Shown: positions 1-7,929 of the stretch, in pieces
Layout: each line of letters begins with the position of its first letter
Numbering within the stretch: the first letter of the stretch is position 1
From: a virus
Lineage: Duplodnaviria; Heunggongvirae; Uroviricota; Caudoviricetes
Strand: one strand, 5' to 3'
DNA length: 46,078 nucleotides
Virus record (IMG/VR): IMGVR_UViG_2675903417_000003
Translations under genes and position numbers: made by a program
Notes under the pieces: generated by a model
Seen by the model: only the letters and a program-made list of their open reading frames with translations
Database searches by the model: none
Told to the model about the DNA's origin: nothing

Positions 1-1605
<1,605 letters not shown>

Positions 1606-1697
1606 TTGTTTTAACCTCATGACAGATTTAAGGATGAACAAATCCCTGCCATTGCTGGCATATAAGAATGAAACCGGATATTTATTACGGAACTGTT

Positions 1698-1889
1698 TTA
1701 AAGACCTGCCGGGATTTCGATATTATCCTGGTGAATAACTTTATCGACCGGGTAACAGTTACCGGGAATTTTCTGTTCGGTTGCTGCAGTCATACACTCC
1801 TGCATTGTCCTGTGAACACTGACTGCAATATCAACTGGCTCTCCGGAAACAAGAAAAACTGTCAGAACAAGCACAAATGCTGAATTCAT
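1698..1889 (-). CDS. ydfD: YdfD-like small lysis protein
   Basis: 63-aa product MNSAFVLVLTVFLVSGEPVD... with hydrophobic N-terminus; ATGA overlap with the dicB stop. Confidence 0.7.
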   Translation of the reverse strand: MNSAFVLVLTVFLVSGEPVDIAVSVHRTMQECMTAATEQKIPGNCYPVDKVIHQDNIEIPAGL

Positions 1890-2074
1890 TGTGCACATCC
1901 TTTTGGCATCAGACGTAAACGAGCCAGCATTGAAACAATGCATATTTTATTTAATAGCTCCCGTTCTTGTTTTCTCTTGTTAATGGCATCTTCAGTAAAT
2001 ACTGGGTTACTGATAGTGACACCAATTTCAAAACAACCTTCAGACGTATTAACGTTTGGTAATAACGTTTTCAT
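1886..2074 (-). CDS. dicB: Cell division inhibitor DicB
   Basis: 62-aa product MKTLLPNVNTSEGCFEIGVTISNPVFTEDAINKRKQERELLNKICIVSMLARLRLMPKGCAQ recognised as DicB; internal start within ORF 1886..2179. Confidence 0.85.
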   Translation of the reverse strand: MKTLLPNVNTSEGCFEIGVTISNPVFTEDAINKRKQERELLNKICIVSMLARLRLMPKGCAQ

Positions 2075-2248
2075 TATCGCGTCCTCAACAATGAATTTTG
2101 TGATGCAGTGCCTGGTGCCTCCAGGTGACGTTAACCAGTTAACAATTAACGCCGGATACAGAGAATCCACCCATAACACTGTTTTTGGTTTTAACTGTTC
2201 CGCGTGCGCTCAGCCGCATTCACCACATCACAAAATTCACTTTAAAAA

Positions 2249-2301
2249 GGGCGGCAGAGCAGTCACGGAGTAAAACTGATACCGCCAAACGTCACCAGAA
2301 A
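2249..2301 (-). ncRNA. dicF: DicF small regulatory RNA (ftsZ-targeting)
   Basis: Reverse complement of 2249-2301 reads TTTCTGGTGACGTTTGGCGGTATCAGTTTTACTCCGTGACTGCTCUGCCGCCC, matching the recalled 53-nt DicF including its 3' terminator hairpin, followed by a T-run (2244-2248 on the plus strand). Confidence 0.85.
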
Positions 2302-2641
2302 ATTGATAACAGAGGGCGTTGCAGCGGGGTTGTCACTTAAGCGTATGGTCAACCTGACAACCCGGTGTCCTCAACGGGGAAGGAATAACCCCGCCATACT
2401 TACCGCCGCGCCATTTCGCGGGTTGCCACAACCGGAAGCGCACGGTCGACGAAAATTTAACGACAGGCTATCTATGAACCAGCTACCTCGCCGTGCGCTT
2501 TCGCGTTATGGTCTGACTTTTCAGGGAAATATCCTTTCAGTAAACTGTCAGTTCCGGATGCGCACCCGTGTCCGGCGCACGCACTCCACCTCACCCGTGG
2601 AGAACTCCTTAATTACTAACCTTAGCTTTGTTGATTAGCTA

Positions 2642-2860
2642 CTAACGCGGGTATGTAATCATTCTGGCAATGCTTAATGCCGCTGCTTTTTCCAGATTGG
2701 TGATATCCTGCTCCAGAGCGGACAGATTTTCAGCCTGCTTAGCCCTGGCTTCATTAGCCCATTTCAGATCCTGCGCTGCATTAATTTTCTGGCGCATCCA
2801 CTCATAAAGTTCATCATCGGTATAGTCTGGCGCGATGATGACGGGTTCTCGTTTCTGCAT
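2642..2860 (-). CDS. ydfC: YdfC-like protein
   Basis: 72-aa ORF MQKREPVIIAPDYTDDELYEWMRQ...; in the operon position between ydfB and dicF. Confidence 0.7.
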   Translation of the reverse strand: MQKREPVIIAPDYTDDELYEWMRQKINAAQDLKWANEARAKQAENLSALEQDITNLEKAAALSIARMITYPR

Positions 2861-2888
2861 ACTGATTCCTCGCGGTGCTGTTTCGCTT

Positions 2889-3060
2889 ATCAGCCGTTAG
2901 ATTTTGCCGAACTGGAAAGCGCGTGTTTAAACTCACTGAAGCTGAGAGCTTCTTCGCCTTCGGCAAGGCCTTCGAAGTATTCTTCGTAAGCCTTTTCCAT
3001 GATTGTGTCGAAATCCGTATCACTCACCTGAGTTTCTTTCCAGCCAGCGACGGGCACCAT
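2889..3060 (-). CDS. ydfB: Small ORF, YdfB-like (start uncertain)
   Basis: Below the ORF-track threshold; translation MVPVAGWKETQVSDTDFDTIMEKAYEEYFEGLAEGEEALSFSEFKHALSSSAKSNG; overlaps the ydfA 3' end in another frame; an internal MEKA start at 2996 is also possible. Confidence 0.4.
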
Positions 3061-3175
3061 TTTCGGTTTTAAACGTTTTGCTTTTGGTATACGTCATTGC
3101 GGTGAACGTGCCGTCCTGGTTTGGAAACACGCCGTACACCAGAGATTCGTTGTTGCCAAGATCGATAGTATCCAT
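3020..3175 (-). CDS. ydfA: YdfA-like protein
   Basis: 51-aa product MDTIDLGNNESLVYGVFPNQDGTFTAMTYTKSKTFKTENGARRWLERNSGE; GAGG Shine-Dalgarno about 7 nt upstream. Confidence 0.7.
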   Translation of the reverse strand: MDTIDLGNNESLVYGVFPNQDGTFTAMTYTKSKTFKTENGARRWLERNSGE

Positions 3176-3289
3176 GCTGACCTCATTTCCCCTTAACGCC
3201 GGGGTAGCGGAACTGTTTGCTGAGAACACCGTGCGGTGTCTTGATGGAAAGTAATTTAGAATAACCTAACATGATAGGCAAGTGTTTTT

Positions 3290-3307
3290 TGTTAGATTGG
3301 TCTAACA
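3290..3307. promoter_or_regulatory. Perfect 18-bp palindrome TGTTAGA-TTGG-TCTAACA, putative DicA operator downstream of dicA
   Basis: Exact inverted repeat; same half-sites as the palindrome at 3801-3818. Confidence 0.5.
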
Positions 3308-3343
3308 AAAAGAGTGGGCGCAACTAATCACTTGAAAAGAATG

Positions 3344-3751
3344 TTATTTTATTGATTTATTTTTACGCGCTTTAAGCATTTCTTCGAAGAGTTTGTTGAA
3401 GTTTTCTACTCTTGCGCGCATTTCAGACAGCAAGGCTTCCTGCTCGGAAGATGGAAGAGCATCGAATAATTCGATCAATTCTTTGTGGTTGGGAGTTAGC
3501 TCTGTTTCCACATGAAGTTCTTGTGCAGGCACTGGTGCCTTGTCTTCGTCACCAAACATTAGCCATGTAGGTGAGCACTTCAGAGCATCCGCTAAAGCAA
3601 ACAATCGTTTTCCGACTGGCTGGGTTTCGTCTCTTTCCCATTGTGAAATTGTGACGTGAGCAACTCCAGCGAGGCGCGCAGCTTCTCGTTGTGTTAAGCG
3701 TAATTCTTTTCGTCGCGCCAGAACTCGCTGGCCTAGGGTTCTTGTATCCAT
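3344..3751 (-). CDS. dicA: DicA-like HTH (XRE/cI-type) repressor
   Basis: 135 aa; HTH LRLTQREAARLAGVAHVTISQWERDE and C-terminus close to recalled DicA; divergent from dicC. Confidence 0.9.
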   Translation of the reverse strand: MDTRTLGQRVLARRKELRLTQREAARLAGVAHVTISQWERDETQPVGKRLFALADALKCSPTWLMFGDEDKAPVPAQELHVETELTPNHKELIELFDALPSSEQEALLSEMRARVENFNKLFEEMLKARKNKSIK

Positions 3752-3774
3752 AGTTAGGTAATTCTAATTTTTCT

Positions 3775-3818
3775 TGACTTAGGTATCCCGCGCACAATAA
3801 TGTTAGAAAAGTCTAACA
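3775..3818 (+). promoter_or_regulatory. dicC promoter (-35 TTGACT 3775-3780, -10 ATAATG 3797-3802) overlapping the operator palindrome TGTTAGA-AAAG-TCTAACA (3801-3818)
   Basis: Sigma-70-like hexamers with 16-bp spacer; perfect 18-bp palindrome across the -10/+1 region in the dicA-dicC intergenic space. Confidence 0.5.
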
Positions 3819-3831
3819 AGAGGGGGCTTTG

Positions 3832-4059
3832 ATGCTTAAAGTTGACGCAATTACTTTTTTTGGCAGCAAAACAAAGCTTGCCAATGCCGCAGGGGTGAGA
3901 CTGGCAAGTGTTGCTGCTTGGGGGATACTGGTTCCTGAAGGTCGCGCGATGCGTCTACAGGAGGCATCTGGCGGGGAGCTTCAGTATGATCCCAAAGTTT
4001 ATGATGAATATCGTAAGACGAAGCGGGCGGGGCGGTTGAACAATGAAAATCACTCCTGA
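3832..4059 (+). CDS. dicC: DicC (Cro-like) regulator
   Basis: 75 aa MLKVDAITFFGSKTKLANAAGVRLASVAAWG...; AGGGGG Shine-Dalgarno at 3821-3826. Confidence 0.85.
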   Translation: MLKVDAITFFGSKTKLANAAGVRLASVAAWGILVPEGRAMRLQEASGGELQYDPKVYDEYRKTKRAGRLNNENHS

Positions 4060-4564
4060 ACAGGCTCGTGAGGCTCTGGATGCCTGGATATGTCGACCAG
4101 GAATGACACAGGAGCAGGCGACGATATTAATCACTGAAGCATTCTGGGCTTTGAAAGAGCGCCCGAACATCGATGTTCAGCGTGTCACATATGAAGGTGG
4201 CGCGATTGATCAGCGAGCGCTTGGCGTTAATCGAGTGAAGATATTTGAACGCTGGAAGGCTATCGACACCAGGGATAAGCGTGAAAAGTTCACGGCGCTA
4301 GTGCCTGCAATTATGGAGGCTATCCGGATTAATGATTTCAGGTTGTATCGTGAAATTACTGACGGAAAAAGCATCACGTGCATGATCGCCGGGTTAAACA
4401 AAGAATATGGCGATGTGGTGGAGTCCGGACTGCTTTTTGCTGATCCTGCCGTAGTGGATCGTGAAACTGACGAACTTATAGAAAAAGCAATTGCTTTCAA
4501 ACTTGCGTATCGACAGCAATACCAACAAAAAGCTGGATGGAATTATGAGCCTTCTTTTTGCTGA
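4043..4564 (+). CDS. Phage early regulatory protein (CII-like/YdfX-like)
   Basis: 173-aa ORF directly after the cro-like gene and overlapping both neighbours; family assignment is positional. Confidence 0.5.
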   Translation: MKITPEQAREALDAWICRPGMTQEQATILITEAFWALKERPNIDVQRVTYEGGAIDQRALGVNRVKIFERWKAIDTRDKREKFTALVPAIMEAIRINDFRLYREITDGKSITCMIAGLNKEYGDVVESGLLFADPAVVDRETDELIEKAIAFKLAYRQQYQQKAGWNYEPSFC

Positions 4565-5510
4565 ACGCCCACTGGTTATAAACACGCAGCTGGCAATGAA
4601 AATTGGCTTAAACGAAGCCATTGTTTTGCAACAACTGCACTACTGGTTGAGAGATACCAACTCCGGCATGGAATGTGATGGTGTTCGCTGGATTTATAAC
4701 ACAACGGAACAATGGCTGGAACAGTTCCCATTCTGGTCAGAGTCAACGTTAAAGCGCGCGTTTGCAAGTCTGAAAACGCTGGGGCTTTTGCGTTGTGAAA
4801 AGCTCAATAAATCAAAGCGCGATATGACCAATTTCTACACGATCAACTATGGGAGCGAGCTTTTAGATGGTGGCAAATTGAGCGAATCCATCGGTTCAAA
4901 ATGCGCCGCTCCATCAGGTCAAAATGACACGATGGAAGAGGTCAAAATGAAACGCTCCATTGGTTCAAAACGACCCAATGTCATCGGGTCAAAATGGCCT
5001 GATGATCTTACAGAGAATACAACAGAGATTACTACAGAGAATAAAAACACTTTTCGTCCGGAAGCTTCGCAACCGGACCCGCAGACGACTGAACAGGATT
5101 TTTTAACCCGGAACTCCGACGCGGTTGTGTTTAGTGCGAAAAAACGCCAGTGGGGTAGCAGGGAGGATTTGGCGTGTGCGCAGTGGATCTGGGGGCGGAT
5201 CGTGGGTCTCTACGAACAGGCAGCCAGTGATGATGGCGAGATCATGCGACCAAAAGAGCCTAACTGGACTGCCTGGGCCAATGACGTGCGCACAATGCGG
5301 ATGCTGGATGGCAGAAGCCACAGACAAATTTGCGAAATGTTTGGTCGGGTTCAGCGAGATCCATTCTGGGTAAAAAACATCATGAGCCCGTCAAAGCTCC
5401 GCGAAAAATGGGACGAACTGGTCATCCGCCTGGGACGTTCACCTGTACAGCGTTGTGTTAATCATATTTCTGAACCGGATACAGAAATTCCGCCTGGTTT
5501 CAGAGGATAA
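4545..5510 (+). CDS. Putative replication initiation protein (lambda O-like role), with iterons inside the gene
   Basis: 322 aa from ATG 4545 (GGATGG upstream); N-terminal winged-helix-like region; repeated SIGSK peptide motif encoded by the iterons at 4887-4997. Confidence 0.65.
   Translation: MSLLFAERPLVINTQLAMKIGLNEAIVLQQLHYWLRDTNSGMECDGVRWIYNTTEQWLEQFPFWSESTLKRAFASLKTLGLLRCEKLNKSKRDMTNFYTINYGSELLDGGKLSESIGSKCAAPSGQNDTMEEVKMKRSIGSKRPNVIGSKWPDDLTENTTEITTENKNTFRPEASQPDPQTTEQDFLTRNSDAVVFSAKKRQWGSREDLACAQWIWGRIVGLYEQAASDDGEIMRPKEPNWTAWANDVRTMRMLDGRSHRQICEMFGRVQRDPFWVKNIMSPSKLREKWDELVIRLGRSPVQRCVNHISEPDTEIPPGFRG
4887..4997. repeat. Five iterons (GGT(T)CAAAATG core, 22-25 bp spacing) followed by an AT-rich stretch: candidate prophage replication origin
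   Basis: Cores at 4893, 4917, 4940, 4962 and 4987; AT-rich region 5000-5050. Confidence 0.6.
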
Positions 5511-5550
5511 GTGTTGATTTCAGGTCATGAGGTAATTTTAAGGGGGACTT

Positions 5551-5973
5551 GTGGCAAAAGTTTTTACACAAGAAGAGCGGGAAAAAATTAAATGGCAGGT
5601 GGTGGAACTCGTGCGCCAGAGCGGCCGTGAGACGTTACGGCAACTGGAAGCTAAAACAGGTGCGACTAGATATCTGATGAGCGTTCTTGCCAGAGAGCTG
5701 GTAGCCAGTGGCGATGTATACAACTCCGGCTACGGGTTATTCCCCTCTGAACAGGCGCGTAAGGACTGGCAAAACGCCCGCAAAAAACTCTCGAGGGCAA
5801 AGGTGAAGAAACCTGCTGTGGTTGATCCGGACCTTATCTGGTCATCACCTGACGGAGAAATACGTCGCTACGACAGTCGCCTAAACATAATCTGTCGCGA
5901 GTGCCGGAAGAGCGAAGTTATGCAGCGCATACTGGCTTTCTATCAGGGTAATTTTCAGGACGTGGCGCAGTGA
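5551..5973 (+). CDS. Hypothetical protein (possible winged-helix), translationally coupled to the downstream methyltransferase
   Basis: 140-aa ORF with GTG start and AAGGGGGA Shine-Dalgarno; GTGA overlap with the next gene. Confidence 0.55.
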   Translation: MAKVFTQEEREKIKWQVVELVRQSGRETLRQLEAKTGATRYLMSVLARELVASGDVYNSGYGLFPSEQARKDWQNARKKLSRAKVKKPAVVDPDLIWSSPDGEIRRYDSRLNIICRECRKSEVMQRILAFYQGNFQDVAQ

Positions 5974-6326
5974 GTGCACCGGCAACCATTCTTGATATGT
6001 GCTGTGGCAGCCGCATGTTCTGGTTCGATAAGTCTGACGAACGGGCGATATTCAGCGATATCAGAAAAGAAGGATACACATTACGCAATGGGAGACGCTT
6101 GATTATCAGCCCTGACATTATCGCAGATTTTCGTGCATTATCATTTGCAGACGCATCTTTTTCGATGGTTGTATTAGACCCTCCGCATCTTGAGAGTGTT
6201 GGTGATAACGCCTGGATGGGAAAGAAATATGGACGGCTGAATAAAGATGCCTGGCGTGATGATTCGCGACAGAGATTTAAAGAAGCCTTTCGGGTGTTGA
6301 GGCCGCACGGCGTTCTGATTTTTTAA
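5970..6326 (+). CDS. SAM-dependent methyltransferase (N6-adenine/N4-cytosine type), probably truncated by a premature TAA
   Basis: Motif I-like DMCCGSRMF and motif IV VVLDPPHL; only 118 aa; the frame stays open for 29 more codons after the TAA at 6324-6326. Confidence 0.55.
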   Translation: MSAPATILDMCCGSRMFWFDKSDERAIFSDIRKEGYTLRNGRRLIISPDIIADFRALSFADASFSMVVLDPPHLESVGDNAWMGKKYGRLNKDAWRDDSRQRFKEAFRVLRPHGVLIF

Positions 6327-6588
6327 TGGAATGAAACGCAAATACCGGTAAGCCAGATTCTGGCACTGACAGACAGAAAACCTGTTATCTGTCAACGAAC
6401 AGGGAAAAAACGATAAAACCCACTGGATTATTTTTATGAAAGAGGCATCCAGTGAGTAGATTCGTAAGGCTACAGATACGTATATCTGAATAATTAAATT
6501 CAGTTCTGTAAATAAAATTTAATCCTTAACCGGATGGATTTCTGCACCCTCAGAACATCAGGAGGCCGCCCGAAAGGGCGGTAGTGAA

Positions 6589-6699
6589 ATGCGAAAGTTC
6601 AAAATTATTATTGAAACGGGAATAGCTGGTGGAGATTTTGAGGATGTATTCGAAGTGGACGATGACGCAACACCTGAGGAAATTCATGACGGAGCATAA
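6589..6699 (+). CDS. Small ORF (36 aa), first of three tandem small ORFs
   Basis: MRKFKIIIETGIAGGDFEDVFEVDDDATPEEIHDGA; preceded by GGAGG and a GCCGCCC-GAAA-GGGCGG hairpin; frame continues 23 codons beyond the TAA. Confidence 0.3.
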   Translation: MRKFKIIIETGIAGGDFEDVFEVDDDATPEEIHDGA

Positions 6700-6748
6700 G
6701 AAATTTTCTTTAACTACTGCAATTACTCATACCACGAAATAAAAGACG

Positions 6749-6940
6749 ATGAGGAAGAACAAGGTGGCTGATTTTTGTTCAGCTAAATATAACATCAGTT
6801 TTGAAGAGCGGGATGAACTATTAATGGACTATGGTGAGTTACGCGGTGGAAGTGCTGCTGATGTCGAATCCTAGCGTGATGACTATGAAGCGGGAAAAAC
6901 TCCGGTCGAAGCATATTGTGATGAGTGGGGCGATGAATGA
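6749..6940 (+). pseudogene. Small acidic ORF interrupted by an in-frame TAG (6872-6874)
   Basis: MRKNKVADFCSAKYNISFEERDELLMDYGELRGGSAADVES-TAG-RDDYEAGKTPVEAYCDEWGDE; ATGA overlap with the next ORF. Confidence 0.35.
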
Positions 6941-7224
6941 GCGAGATTAATTATCAGGAAGGGCATGAAACGGCGGGGCAAGCAAAACCAGTGGCATGGC
7001 GATATCGCTACGTGAAAAAAGGCGTTACGGACTTTCAGGGGAAGTAGTGGTCTGGTGACTGGAAATATGTACCGAAAAAAGAGGATTGTAACGACAGGCC
7101 GAACTATCAAATTCAGGCCTTATTCACTGCCTCACCAGTCCCAGTTACATCAGAAGAACTGGTTAAAGCTGTGCACTTTTATGAACAACTAAAACGCGAA
7201 AATCCACCAACATCCGGCAACTAG
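6937..7224 (+). pseudogene. Small ORF interrupted by an in-frame TAG (7045-7047)
   Basis: MSEINYQEGHETAGQAKPVAWRYRYVKKGVTDFQGK-TAG-WSGDWKYVPKKEDCNDRPNYQIQALFTASPVPVTSEELVKAVHFYEQLKRENPPTSGN; 95 codons in one frame. Confidence 0.35.
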
Positions 7225-7478
7225 ATTAATGGATTAACTATGTCGGTTAAACGACCAGCCAACTGAAAAAGCGGAAACCTGATTACAGGTTGCCAGATAA
7301 GGCAATGAGCTACCTGGCGCGGAACGGACTGATAAGTATGGGGAATGTTTTACGATGAACCTTTAGACTAAAGAGTTTGTAACGCTATGTAAGTGATTTT
7401 TTCTGGTTTAGATATTTATATGTCCGGCCAAATTGAGGTGTGTTTAAATGTAATTGCACATTGATTGTAGGAGGAATA

Positions 7479-7658
7479 ATGAAAAACGCATTGCAGTTTT
7501 TGTTTGTTGCGTTCTGGTTGTTCGCATCATGTATGCCCATCATCTTCACAGCAAGGTATATGGAAAAAGTTGATGTTTTGATATTAATATTTGGATATAT
7601 AAATGCCCTTTTTTTAGGGGTGTTCATGGCGGTCATGTGCATTGAATACTGGCGGTAA
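7479..7658 (+). CDS. Small membrane protein (59 aa, two predicted TM segments)
   Basis: MKNALQFLFVAFWLFASCMPIIFTARYMEKVDVLILIFGYINALFLGVFMAVMCIEYWR; strong GGAGG Shine-Dalgarno 5 nt upstream. Confidence 0.5.
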   Translation: MKNALQFLFVAFWLFASCMPIIFTARYMEKVDVLILIFGYINALFLGVFMAVMCIEYWR

Positions 7659-7929
7659 ATACAGCGAACTCCATTGGTTTAGTTGGATATTTACTGTGCT
7701 GGACAAAAACGGTTTGCGGGGAAATCTTAGTTAAGTAGAATGACTGCGGGTGCTTGAGGCTATCTGCCTCGGGCATGGACACCAACGGCAGATAGAGAAA
7801 AGCCCCAGTTAACATTACGCGTCCTGCAAGACGCTTAACATTAATCTGAGGCCAATTTCATGCTAGACACATGTAGGTTAGCCTCTTACGTGCCGAAAGG
7901 CACGGAGAAGCAGGCTATTGTTAACACCA

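Noticed and set aside
2814-3023. 69-aa reverse-strand ORF between ydfC and ydfA
   Set aside because: R/K/S-rich low-complexity product; the same DNA is better explained by the ydfB-like frame and the ydfA 3' end.
4887-4997. Short direct repeats considered as a possible CRISPR array
   Set aside because: Repeats are 10-11 bp with about 23-bp periodicity inside a coding sequence and are not separated by unique spacers of CRISPR size; they fit iterons instead. No CRISPR-like array was found anywhere in the window.
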